A DNA stretch of 63,140 bases, the filler included, from Olpidium bornovanus S191 (lineage: Eukaryota > Fungi > Olpidiomycota), in the NCBI GenBank assembly GCA_017911155.1. It is 28 parts of 28 records of this genome, joined end to end, with 100 filler letters (N's around TTAATTAATTAA, not from the genome) between each part and the next. Parts side by side here need not be neighbours in the genome. Positions count along the whole stretch, not along the records: positions 10,057 to 11,162 come from JAEFCI010002029.1; positions 11,263 to 14,680 come from JAEFCI010006251.1; positions 14,781 to 16,826 come from JAEFCI010006468.1; positions 16,927 to 21,220 come from JAEFCI010004952.1; positions 21,321 to 23,168 come from JAEFCI010012863.1; positions 23,269 to 25,492 come from JAEFCI010006309.1; 22 more parts are not named here. One strand, written 5' to 3'. Of this stretch, positions 11,149 through 23,305 are shown in pieces (the stretch's first letter is position 1; every line of letters begins with the position of its first letter). Below the pieces are notes generated by a model. It made no database searches, was not told the origin of the DNA, and worked only from the letters and a program-made list of their open reading frames with translations. The translations under genes were made by a program, and so were the position numbers.

Positions 11149-14100
11149 GGGGGGGGGCCCCGNNNNNNNNNNNNNNNNNNNNNNNNNNNNNNNNNNNNNN
11201 NNNNNNTTAATTAATTAANNNNNNNNNNNNNNNNNNNNNNNNNNNNNNNNNNNNNNNNNNNNACATGAAGTACAATCTTTTGATAAATGACGAAGCAATA
11301 TTGCGAGAAGCATATCGATGAAACAAAAACCGGGTAGGCTTTATCGGATCTATTTCACTGGTTACCAAACCCTGGCCTTGATTGGCCCATTCATTATATA
11401 TGAATTCGCACATATAACCACCCACGAAAAGCAGCGTCGGCTGCCCTTCTCTTTGCGCAACCATTCGCACACGCATCACCTGGCGTCGAAATTCCGTTGC
11501 GCCGTCGGACTTCTTGGATTCGCCCGCCGTGGGGGGACGGCAGGGCAGGAGTGATGACAGCCAGTTCTCCTTGTTTCAAAATTTTCATCAACCGCGCTTG
11601 AAAAGATCTGGAATGTGCGTGCAGGGAGTACCGAGTACGGTTTTATGATTTTATTCAGAGTGCGATTTGAAATATTACAGGCATTACAAGACTTGCGGGT
11701 TAAACCACTGGAATTGAATTCAAGTTTTTTGTTTTGTCCATCCGCGTGGACACACAACGTGAAAATCCCTTAACAACGGAGCTGGCTAATTCCGGTGTTG
11801 TTTTTTTTTGGGTGGAGGGGGGGGGGGGTGGATGGCGGTTCTTCCTGATCTTCTTTGTCGTTTTTGGCGGCCGCTGATGTGCCTCTTTTTTTCATTGTGG
11901 CGGCCGCCGTCGTGGAGTGCAACCAATGCCGCCGGGCCCGCCTTCCGCACCCGCTTTCCTTCTGCCATTGCCGCGCCCTCTTCACAAAAATCCTCGGCGC
12001 CTGTCATCGATTTCTGCCGCCGGAATTTTTGCCTCGGTCCTTCGACCATCGCCCGGAACGATATTGCGGCTCGCCTTCTCTGGCTGTTGAGTTGAGAGAC
12101 CAAAAAATATGCTAACCTGAGCCGGCGAACGGAGTTGTTCTCCATTCTCTTTTTTTGTTGTTGTTGTTGCGGGTTTCTATGCGCGCCGCCTTCCGCGGAT
12201 CTAAGGGGTTTCCGAGGCGGGAGACGCGCGCGCACCGCCGCACCCGCACCCGCCGCGAGGGTACTGTGAGAGACGAGGCGGCAAAGGACAAACGCGGCAG
12301 AAGGGAACGGACGGCGACCGGCGGCGACCGACGGCGGCCAGGCAGGGAGGAGGGAGGGGACGCGATCAGCATGCCGGGCCGCCGTAAGCGCCTATGCCAC
12401 GCCCCCCGCCGGTGCGGACGGCCCTGCACGCGGCCGACGTTTTTTGGCTGCAGTCGTCCGCCGATGCTGATCGCGCCTCCACGCTGGGGTGAGAAATAGG
12501 TAGCGTGCGACACCCTCTTTCCGCCCCGCCCCTGTTCTCCCTCTGGCCCCGCCCTTCGCCCGCTGGGTTTGAAAGCAAACACGGGCACCGCACGTTTCTC
12601 CTCCGGGGTGAGCTCCGCGCCGGGAGCCTCGGTTAGGTGGCTGTGTCGTTTGCGACTGTCAGCAGGGCCGGGGGGGATGGGGGAAGGGGTTGCTGTGGCC
12701 CGTTTGAGGAAGGGGTTTCGCAGGAGAGCCCGGGAACGCGCCGCGCCGGCTGACACTGCAGCTCATTATTCTCACAAACCAGCCGCACGGCAAAGAACGC
12801 CGGCCAGCCTTTTGTCCGAGATTGTATTCGACATTGGGCTTCGCTGCCAGCGGGTCGACCGGAGTACAAAAAAAAACGGAAAACCAGTACGTTGTTCTCC
12901 GCTCGGTTCGCGGTGCATTTTTTTTTTGCCTGATATATCTGGCTTTGCCAGGGCCAAGCGTTGCACGTCGGTTGCTTGCGGCCTTCGCTGACGGCTGAAC
13001 ACCAAGCTGCCGATGTCACCGCGTTTCAGTTGCTGTCAGCACCCGCTGGTTTGCTGTTGCCGTCATTTGATTACGAGAAAGCCGATCATTAATCCAGTGA
13101 ACACTTGATCAGGTTAAGCACGGGAGAGTTCACCGCCGAAAGAGACTATCAAACAAAAAGTAAAGTGACGCCGCGCATGGGAAAGGAATAGCTGGCAACC
13201 ATATCAAAGAGTTTGCCATCGTCGTCGCTGAAATTCTCTTTCGAGGCCTCCTTGAAAGCTTCGCCTGCGTAAAGCTCGGCAGAACTCGGTTTTTTTTTTG
13301 CTACGCCGATAACAGAGACTTTTGCCGAGGGCTTTTTTTTTTTTTTTGCTGCCTAAAATGCCGCACGGGAGTAGGTTACTGCAAAACTGCTGTCGTCCGA
13401 CCGTCCTTTCCCCTGCGCAAATTTCCGCTCATCAGACGTCGCACAACTACCGCGCCACTGTGTCGTTGTAGCCGTTGCGGCCGTTGCTTCTTGTTTCTGA
13501 GCGCGCCAGAGGGACTTCTGGCCCCCCTCATCCCACCCCCTCCCCCTTAATCCGCAGAACATCAGCAATGTTGCAACCGCTCTCGACTTTTGCGGTTCTT
13601 GCGCACCCGCGCTTTTCGCTCAGCGCATTTTAGGCGTGTCCCATCCAAGAAAAAAAAAAGACCCGCTCTCCCTGCAGTCTTCCCCGCTTTTGGCTTTGGC
13701 CTTCGACCACCGCCCGGGATGACATTGCGGTTCGCCTCCTCTGTAAGTTGATAGGCGAAAAATATGCTAACGTGAGTTTGCGAACAGAGTATGCCTGCGG
13801 TAAGCGCAACAACTCCCATGGCATCCAGTGACGGTTTTATCTTCCTGTATATCCGGCTTGCCAGATGCGTAAACAATGCACGAACATCTGGACATGTATC
13901 AAGAGACTTCCCTCAACCTACAAGGAGAGAAACTTCTTTTTTTTTCTAACACAATCAACGTTCAGTGACAGTTACCGCCCGTCGCATCCAAAAACTGACA
14001 ACATGGCCCGACGGCAACGGCGAACTAGTCTCACACCGGGTAGCGCCGCAAACAAAGATCAGACAAAAACAATTATCAAGGAAAAGTGGTGCATGTGGAG

Positions 14101-14379
14101 AAGTGGTTTTTCGTAAAGTTCTCAACCAGACCAAATTCGTGAATTCGCTGATTCCAGCTTTTGGTCTGTCTTGGTGAGTCTTGGCTTGGGAATTCTCGTT
14201 TAAGTGGGGCAGCGTACCCCGCACCTCCCCCGCTTCCTCCCCCCGAGCCCTGCCCGGTTCGCCCGGCCCGGCTTGTCACCCCGAACCGGCCCCTCCACAC
14301 CCTGAAGATATCCCAGGCTTCTGGGACCGCCATGTGCCCTCGTATGCTTCTATAGGGGAGACAAATAAACTGTATCGGA

Positions 14380-14603
14380 TTCTGCGTTTGAATCCGAGTT
14401 GGATTTTGCGTCGGATTCTGCGTCTAACTCTGTGTCGGATTCTGTGTCTCAATTTGCGTTAAATTTTACGTCTGAATCTGCGTCGGATTATGCGCCTAAA
14501 TTTACGTCAGATTCTGCGTCAAATTCTACATCCCAATCTGCGTCGGGTTCTGCGTCGTAATCTGCGTCGAATTTTGCCTGTGAATCTGCGTCGGCGCAGA
14601 CGT

Positions 14604-14605
<2 letters not shown>
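14380..14605. repeat. Degenerate 12-bp tandem array (consensus about TTCTGCGTCGGA), about 18 units
   Basis: Period-12 recurrence of TCTGCGTC. The minus strand reads as DA(E/D)S-type tetrapeptides interrupted by two stops. Confidence 0.8.
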
Positions 14606-14641
<36 letters not shown>

Positions 14642-14780
14642 CGTTAAAAGAGAATTTTTTAAAAAATTCCCATAAAAACANNNNNNNNNNNNNNNNNNNN
14701 NNNNNNNNNNNNNNNNNNNNNNNNTTAATTAATTAANNNNNNNNNNNNNNNNNNNNNNNNNNNNNNNNNNNNNNNNNNNN

Positions 14781-16482
14781 CCTCGCGACGTCCGTCCCGT
14801 CACCGGCAAATGGGTTTTCAGATACAAACGTCACCCTGACAGTGTCATTACTTCTTACAAATCCCGCTACGTCGCACGCGGGTACACGCAGCGGAAACAT
14901 GTCGATTATGAGGAAACATACTCACCTGTGATTTCCTTCCCCGCGCTGCGTTTCCTCCTTGCCATCGCAGCGTACTACAACTGGTGCCTACGCTCTCTCG
15001 ATTTCATTACCGCTTTACCTAAATTCCCCTTTGGACCGACCCATCTACATCCAACAAATTGAAGGCTATGAAGAATTTCCTGACGACGACATGAAGGGCT
15101 ACCTCCTCCGCAAAGCCCTGTACGGGCTGAAACAATCCACGCGTTGTTGGAACGCTGATTTGGACGCTACCATCTGCCGACTCGGCTTCCACCCCGTTCG
15201 CGCCGAACCATGCTTATACATTCTACGAGGCGCGCCCCTCTCAACGCACGAGGGGGCACAGACTCAGACTGGCGCTGATAGTGACGCCGAGAAGCTCGCA
15301 CCTCCCGATGAGTCCGATGACAACTCTTCTTTTCCTGAATTTGAATTTTCTGAATTTCCTGAATTTGGGCGCACCGATCCCGAACTCCCGCCCTTTTCTA
15401 CCATTTCTGTTTTATTTTGCACATGGGTCGACGACATTGTGCTCACGGGTCCCGCTCCCGCCATTCTCAATTCCGTCGCTCGCGCACTCCATGACAGGTT
15501 TCCTTTGTCGGACGGCGGAGCCCTCACACACATCCTTGGGATAGAAGTGCTCCGCGACCGCAACGCCAACGTTTTCCTCGCCCAGCAACAGTACATCGAA
15601 CACGTCTTGGACCGGTTCAACCATACCAGCCGTCATGCCGATCCCCGTCCACTCGATCCATCCGCCATCTCCACCTTAACACAGCGGACAGATGTCGCCC
15701 CGGCAGCCGAAAAAGCACGGTATGCCGAACTAATCGGTTCCCTCATTTACCTGTCCACACGCCCCCGTCCGGACATTAACCCCGCAGTCGGTTTCCTAAG
15801 CCGCTTCACCGCCAATCCGTCCGCCGCGCATTGGAACGCGCTGAAGCGCATACTGCGCTACCTTCGCGGCAGGGCAGAATACGGACTCTGTTTTCCACGG
15901 GCGCAATCCACCGACACCGCACCACACATTTGCGCGTACGTTGACAGCGACTGGACCTCAGCTGTCGACGACAGAAAACCAATTTCCGGATACATCATCC
16001 AATTAGGCGCCCGCAACACAGACACCGATGGTCCGCAATCCGCCCGCAACACAGACCCCGACCGCCCAAAATCCTCCTGCACATCTGTCATTTGGCCCAG
16101 CGGCAAGCAGCCGTGTATCGCGCAGTCTTCCACAGAAGCAGAGGTGATTGCGGCGTCAGAGGCCTGTCAGGAAATCATATGGTTCCGGCATATCAGCAAA
16201 GACATCCTCGGCGATCGCAGCCCAGTCCCAATTTACATCGACAACCACGGCACGATTGACATCGCAAAAGACACGCGCAGAATTAATAAACACTCAAAGC
16301 ATATCGACGTCAGGCATCTTTTCGTCGGCGAAGCCGCATCAGATGGAAAAATCCTTCCAATCGCCATTGCGTCAAAAGACAACATCACTGATCTGTTCAC
16401 TAAAGGTCTCCCGTGCCCCGATTTTGAGCACCATCGACTCGCCATCGGGGTCGCCCCCGCACCATACAACGAGACCACGTGA
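14781..16482 (+). mobile_element. Ty1/copia LTR retrotransposon pol fragment (RT + RNase H) with one +1 frameshift near 15013-15016
   Basis: GKWVFRYK...YKSRYVARGYTQ...DYEETYSPV, then LDFITA/(frameshift)YLNSPL, KALYGLKQS, WVDD, LKRILRYLRG, YVDSDW, QSSTEAEVIA, KHIDVRHLF, NITDLFTK. Confidence 0.97.
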
Positions 16483-16931
16483 GGCTCCGCCGTCGACAAG
16501 GTGCCGTCGTGCGAGACACGAGCCGGAAGTACTGCAAAACAAAAACAAAAAAAAAATTTCCTCCTTTTCGTCCCAATCTGTACCGCTCCGCACCGTTTTT
16601 CCTTCCCCCCTTTTTTTCCTTTCTTCTCCTGCTTCCCATTTTCTTTCGGATCCGGACTTGCGGGGGGGGGTCGGAGCCCAAGTCCGTATCCCCGTCCCGG
16701 TACTTCTACCCATACCTCTATCCGTACCTCTGTACGTAGAACAGAACGCAACACAGAACACAGAATAAAAGTAAATAAACCAAACACAACATAACCAAAC
16801 CACAGTTTTGATGTGTATAGACATGANNNNNNNNNNNNNNNNNNNNNNNNNNNNNNNNNNNNNNNNNNNNTTAATTAATTAANNNNNNNNNNNNNNNNNN
16901 NNNNNNNNNNNNNNNNNNNNNNNNNNCATTC

Positions 16932-17294
16932 ATGGGTTCAATGATGCCTTCACTTTATTTTCTCTTGACCATCCTGGATGCACAGGAACACCGTTGTCTG
17001 ACCGCCTACAAGGCTGCTCTGCCCCGTGACCTCATAGGCATAATTGACGGTCTTCTCAGTCACCCAAAAACACTCAAGTCTCTCCAGGACTATGCCGTAC
17101 GCCTCTCGCAGACGACTTCTCGGCCCAAAAAGCATCCAGTCAACAACAATTCGAGTAAGAAACACGGCTCTGGCAGCAAGAATTCCACCAGCAACCACAA
17201 CTGTGAGCACGACCCCAAGACTCACTACAAGACTTGCAATAGGAAACGCATCTGCGGTGCGTGTAAGGGTCGCGGGCACCTCGCTTCGCAATGA
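16932..17294 (+). pseudogene. Retrotransposon gag remnant (Ty3/gypsy-like) with a broken CCHC zinc knuckle
   Basis: YKAALPRDL...PKTLKSLQDYAVRL resembles the retrotransposon gag motif. In CGACKGRGHLASQ* the fourth Cys position of C-x2-C-x4-H-x4-C is TGA. Confidence 0.65.
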
Positions 17295-17859
17295 AAAACA
17301 AGGAAAGCTAACCAGAAACGAGAGGAGCGGGAAAGTTTGCGGACGCGTCGTGTAGGGAACACTGCCCCAGCGGGTACAATTGGAGAATGGCTGCCGGAGA
17401 AACGGGGCGTGGCGACAGGCCGAACTAAGCAGCACTCTCGCAAAGACGCTCTCCGGTACAATCTCAGACGCTGTGAAGCGGCAGAGTTCTCACTTTCGAT
17501 GGCGGAAATTAATCTTTTCAAACGCGGCACCGACTGGGTGGAAGAAAAGGCGCAAAGTGTGGCGTGGACAAACTGGGGAAAAGGTTCCCAAAACGCGCTG
17601 TGAAAACCCAAACGCCACCGGCACGGTCACGTGCCAAGCCTCAACCGCCGTGACCAGCAAAATACTCCCAGGGGTCGTTGGTAGTGAAAAAAACAAAAGA
17701 CGTCGGACACTACAATGGGATTCCAAAGTTACAGAGTACAAAGCCAAGTCCCGGGCATAGAATTTCAGCCGATGAGGTAGCCGTTGCTAGGGAGGACAGA
17801 TGACGCCCCCCCCCCCCCGCCCCCCCCGGAGGCGTTGCCATTTGCACGTGTCGCACACC

Positions 17860-20039
17860 TTTCTGAAAAAGGAGACGTTCGCCCGTCTCCAAAAATTTCC
17901 TCGCGGCGCCCCGAACGTAACACGTTGACTTTCCAGCCATGGCGACCGACACTTCGAACATTTGTCCTTAACCGCCAAGGTAGCCCGGCCTGACCGTGGC
18001 CTACACCGTGTTACCTGAAACTGCTGAGGGTTTTCCTCCAGACTCGTCAAACAAGGTCTGGGAACTCAACAAGGCCCTCTACGGATTGAAACAGTCTGCT
18101 CGTGAATGGAACTGCGAGATGGACAAAGTGCTTGAGAATTTTGGCCTCCAGCCAGTCTCTCATGAGCCCTGCCTATATGTCAAGAAAGAGGGGACAACTG
18201 TCGTCGCAGTACTCGCGCTGTATGTTGATGATCTCGTCATCGCCGGCCTCGACCTGCCGGCTATCTTACACTTGAAAGAACTCTTAGCCTCCAAGTTTGA
18301 ACTGAGTGGTGGTGGACCTCTTCAGCAGATTTTGGGGGTGAGATAACCAAAATCGCAGATGCATGTTTTCTTGATCAGGAACAATATGTTATCTGTCTGC
18401 TCAAAAAGATGTGTTATACATTATGTCACTCGGTTTCAACTCCATTGGAACCGGATGCCATCAGACTACTTTGACTCTAGCAGGACTTGCCCTCCAAAGA
18501 TGAACAGAGGCGCTATCGTGAACTCATTGGGTGCATGCTATACTTGCCACTATGCACTCAACCCGACATTGCAACTGCCGTCAGCTTCCTTTCAGGATTC
18601 ATGTCAAACCCAGCCGAGGAACACTGAGGTGCATTGAAGCGGGTCCTTCGGTACCTAAAAGGCAGTTCACATTTGGCTTTCAAGTTTGTCAAAGCCGCCT
18701 CGCCCACTGAATGCATTGGTCAGACTTCGTCACCGTTAGTCGTTTTCACTAACTGCGATTACCCCAATGACCCTGTCACTCGACACTCAATTACGGGATA
18801 TGTTGTTTTCTGTCACTGCTCTTGTGTCTCCTGGATGTCGTCGAAGCAGTCTAGCGTTACGCTGTCATCGACCGAAGTTGAACTTGTCACCGCATCTGCC
18901 GCGGCGCAAGAAGTTATTTGCCTGCACTCCGTTCTTGATGACATTTAAGGACCAGTTATGCTGTCATCGACTGAAGCCAAACTTGTCGCCGCGTCTGCCG
19001 CGGCGCAAGAACCAATTTGCCTGTGGAAAGGTTCACGGTGCGGAGCCGGAGCCGGAGCGGAGCAGGAGCGAGGCGGCCGAAGGCGGCGCGACGCGCGGCC
19101 GGAGGCGGCGCGGCGGGCGGCCGAGGGTGGCGCGGCGGGCGGCCGGAGGCGGCCGGAGATGGCGCGGCGGGCGGCCGGAGGCGGCGTGGCGGCCGAAGGC
19201 GGAAAGGGAAAGCATTTGTTTGCTGTGTTTTGGGTGAGGGCGGAGCGCAAATTCGCCTGTGGGCTCACTCCCCGGGGAATGCTTCTATATCGCCCCGGGG
19301 AAACCGTCCAGCCCACCGGGGCGGGCGCTTCGATGGGTGCATCAAAGCAAGGTCGTTACGGGCGCTACAGAGAGCGTGTCGGTTGTCACCAGCCAATCCT
19401 TCGAAGAGCATTTCAATGGGCTCTTCGAGGAAAAGCATTTAAGATACGGTGTCGAGACAACTGGTGTTGAGACGACAGGCAGCACTACCTCTAGGTCTAA
19501 CCTTCGCTACGCAGCGCGTCTCCTACCACCTGCGCTCCGTTCTTGATGACATTTGTCGAAAATCAGGGCATGGTTGAACTGGCAACGGTTCCTCCAGCCA
19601 TCCCCCACCATACGTGCCACTTTCCGGAACGTAACCACCTCCCACGGGCCACCCCTAGCTGTGGCCTCCTGAGGGGTACTACTGGTGCCCAAATCCGAAG
19701 TCTCGTGCACCTCACAGGATATACAAAAACGAGAGTCGAACACTTTCCAGGACCCCACTTTTCGTCCGGTCCAGAGAGATTCTCACTAAATGTTTTGCGG
19801 AACCAAAAACAGCCTGTTTTCGACTATCTAGACAATCGATGATTAGTCATCGTTCTAAACACATCAGCGTTCGACATTTCTTTGTTCGTGAACAAGACAA
19901 GGCCGGGTATAATGATGTCCTCCCAGTCGCGACGTCAGCCAACATTGCTGACATTTTTACCAAAGGCTTTCCTCGGCCGAGCTTTTCCCAGCATGTTTCT
20001 GCTCTTGGCCTCGTCCCTTTTGTGCATCGTGGTACTTAG
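17860..20039 (+). mobile_element. Degenerate Ty1/copia RT-RNase H with frameshifts, an internal duplication and an insertion
   Basis: KALYGLKQSAREWN, EPCLY, LYVDDLVIAG (17996-18346). KRVLRYLKGS and KQSSVTLSSTEVE (18634-18948). SKHISVRHFFVRE and NIADIFTKG (19839-20039). Confidence 0.93.
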
Positions 20040-20102
20040 TTCTTTGTTTCGCCCCTCTTAAATTTTTGTGTGTTGCTTCTTTTCGTCCATAATTTTCGCA
20101 AC

Positions 20103-20120
20103 GAGGGGGGTGTTCGAATT
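20103..20120 (+). other. Polypurine tract followed by the TG start of a putative 3' LTR
   Basis: GAGGGGGG (20103-20110) directly abuts TGTT (20111), about 65 nt after the copia RNase H stop. This is the canonical PPT/LTR junction. Confidence 0.7.
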
Positions 20121-20126
20121 AGGCGG

Positions 20127-20960
20127 TTAGTCGGAACCCCTCAATATACCACTATTACTACCTGCACCGTGCGCGAACGCATCGAACAGATTTCTCCCAA
20201 TGGCGAGAAACCCAACAGACGCGGGGAGCGTGATCAGCATGCAGATTTTGCATCCCGCTCCAGTTTTCCGTCCCAGCAGAGCCCGGACTGCTGGATCCAT
20301 GACTTTTTCTCCGTGATAGGCGACTTGGCAAATGCGACGGCATACGTCGAGGGTGGGGGCATCAACTCCAGGTTGAAAGCGTACACTGACGAGGGGGCGA
20401 TAAAGAAAGTCAGAACAAATCATCTGCTCATCTTCTTCGTCAGAATCACTGTGCCCCTGAACAGTGTCCCCCTCGCTCTCGACGTCAGAATCGCTGCTGC
20501 TTGAACTGCAGCAGCTGCTGTCATCTTCGTTGTCGCATTCCTCGTACTCGCCGTCACTCAGACTCAGATTGTGCACCATCTGCCGCGGAATCCGCGTCAA
20601 AGTCCTCGCCGTTTAATTCCTCCAGCCTGCTCTCTTCGCACTCCGGAGAAAAGCTTTCTTCTTCTTCAGGAGCTTCTCGGACGGTGTTGGCGAGCGTCCT
20701 CATCCTGCGGTGTCTAGTGAAGTGACGGGGAAGAAAGTACGCATAAAAGAAAGTCTCCCAGGTGACGTAAGCTCGTTCTGGTTTATCGCAAAGGTTGCAC
20801 TTGAAGGAACGGCCGTTTGTGGTGCCAACACTGTAGGTGTCGTTCCAGTGCTGGCTTTCTTCCGACAAGGTGCATCGGCAGGAGACGACAGGACAAACGA
20901 GCGAGACGGTTGGCATCATCGGTTCTGTGGGTACCACGTGCATCAGCCCAGCCTCTGGCG
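20127..20960 (-). pseudogene. Frameshifted ORF with a C-x2-C...H-x3-H (BED/C2H2-like) motif and an acidic tract
   Basis: FKCNLCDKP...FLPRHFTRH, then an acidic run. The frame shifts at about 20555 from ...AQSESE* to SDGEYEECDNEDD. Confidence 0.4.
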
Positions 20961-21998
20961 CCGTCAGGACCAGAAAACGGAAGGCGCAGCACGTACAGCA
21001 CTGCGGAGAGAGGGGGGCGCGGAGGCGTGGTCGTCCGGTGTCGGCAGGGCAGGGTCGTCGGGAGAGGAGGGTTGTTGCGCGCGCGGTGGGGGGGTTGGCG
21101 TTTTTCGAAAAAAAAAAAAAAAAAAAAATGCGCACCGAGTTCAATTTATGCGCACTCTATGAGCTGTTATTTTTCCTTCTGGATTGACTCCCTGACCGAG
21201 GATTGCCGAGGAAAGCCTAGNNNNNNNNNNNNNNNNNNNNNNNNNNNNNNNNNNNNNNNNNNNNTTAATTAATTAANNNNNNNNNNNNNNNNNNNNNNNN
21301 NNNNNNNNNNNNNNNNNNNNCATGCGGATTACGATATCACATATTCCAGCAATTAATGACAAATATGTTTACAAAGGCTTCTGACCTGGTTGTTGTTTTT
21401 TGACGATTCGCAATCAGCTTTCCGCTTGCTCTTGATCGTAGCTTCCGGCCAACTTTCCACATATAGTTGCCACGTTGCACGACAACGGAATTGTCGCGAC
21501 AGGTTGTTTAATCGTGAAGACGTCTATGTAACCACTGTTCCTCCAGGAGCCCACCGCGAACAGTGAAGGCGGCCCTACTCCTTCGCTGCCTTCGCAATCG
21601 CGGACGTATCCGCAGGGGTTTCATATTAAATGAGTCGGCTTTACACATCAAATTTAGCGTGTTCATCGGGTTACGTCGATGAGGCGAGCGACTATCGAAC
21701 GACTGTGCGACGGCGAGAGGCGAGTTAAGGCAGGATCCTCGTACGCCGCCGCAGGCAAACTACGTACGCGTTTGGCCGCATCACAGGCCGGCGGAATAAC
21801 AGGCAACTGTGAATAACAGTAAAACCCCGGTCCGGAGGGATTACCGTAAGCGCCGGTCCGACAAACCGGCGACGAGCAGCGGGCAACCAACCTCGCGTCA
21901 TTTGACGTGGCGTTTGCGGCCGAAATAAAACCCCGGCTTCGTTTTTGCAAGCCGTCGGCCCGGCGGGCAAAAAAACAAACCCCCTCTGGGTTCCTGCG

Positions 21999-22873
21999 TC
22001 ATGTCGCACTGGGAAGAACCTCCGGGTCCTGCGCGCCATGTTTCCGAGCGCCCTCGCCCTGGACGTCCCCGGCCGGTTCCTCCGCTGCCTGCTCTAAAAC
22101 GTCGACGTCGTCCGGGCCTTTCGGTATCGCGTACTTCTGCAGCCACGCGTCTTCGGACCAGACTGTACAGAGAGAGGAAAATAAAAGGAATCAGTTGGGC
22201 AGGAGAAGAAAAAAAAGCAAAATAAAAAACCGTCCCGGTACCTGCTCTTGTCCCGCTGAACGCTTTCCCTCCGGGCCTCGCAAGGTTGACCTTGATGACC
22301 CTACCGTAGAGTTCGCTGAGGTGCCTGTTGTCTATCGCGGCTTTTGCGTCTTCCGACAGCTCGAACTCCACAAAGCCGAAACCCTTGTGCTGGTTTTCTG
22401 CAGGAAATTGACGTAAATAAAATGGCTCGAGAACCGCCGCCCGCGCACGGAGCGGCTAAACGGGGTCCTCGCCTCCTGCAAGGGGAGTCGGAGCTAGCCC
22501 GGGCTTTTGAGAGCCCGGGGGACGGAGGGAAGCGCAGGCCGCGGCGAGGGTTGGGAGGTTTGAAACACCCACTCGAGCTCGGGTCAGGCGGTATCTGCAC
22601 GGAGACGATCTCCCCAAAAGGGATGAAGGTGGAGTAGAGCACTTCCTCGTTGACCTGCTCGGCGAGGCCGCCTGCGCGCGCCGAAGGGGGGGGGGGGAAG
22701 ATGCAACCGGCGAAAGTCAAAGGCGCCCGGGCGCGGGAGAAAGACACCGCCCGGATGGACGCCGCCGGGGAAACGTCGCCAGCTCCAAACCAAAGCGTGG
22801 GAGCGCCGGAGTGGGGACGGGGGACGGGGGAGGACTCACCGACGTACAGCGTTGTCTTCGCGTTGAGCTCCAT
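21999..22873 (-). CDS. RRM-only protein of the PPIE/Cyp33 RRM type (4 exons, appears complete)
   Basis: [12 protein letters not shown] / [24 protein letters not shown] / [39 protein letters not shown] / [11 protein letters not shown]...PSAT*. No cyclophilin domain occurs before the stop. Confidence 0.88.
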
Positions 22874-23268
22874 TCGGCCGGCGGGCGGGGGACGAGGGCG
22901 CTTTCTCACTGGGCGTTTGCGGAAACCTTGTTGAGCGGGAAAAAAGGGGGGGATAGGGGAATGGGGAGAGGTGAACCTCCGCGGCCGGGAATCTCGCGGG
23001 AATTTTTTTGCGGCGGAAAACCCAATATAACATAGGGGGAGTCAACATTCCGCGGTAGAATTTTTGTAGAAATCGACGTCGGATCTCCCCCCCCGAGTAG
23101 ACGGTAGAAATACGGTGACCCTCGCTCTACTCACAGACAGAACCCCCCCCCCCCCCCCAAAAAAAACANNNNNNNNNNNNNNNNNNNNNNNNNNNNNNNN
23201 NNNNNNNNNNNNTTAATTAATTAANNNNNNNNNNNNNNNNNNNNNNNNNNNNNNNNNNNNNNNNNNNN

Positions 23269-23305
<37 letters not shown>

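Noticed and set aside
10057-11780. ORFs in contigs 10057-11162 and the start of 11263-14680
   Set aside because: No recognisable motifs, and strand and frame cannot be settled from sequence alone.
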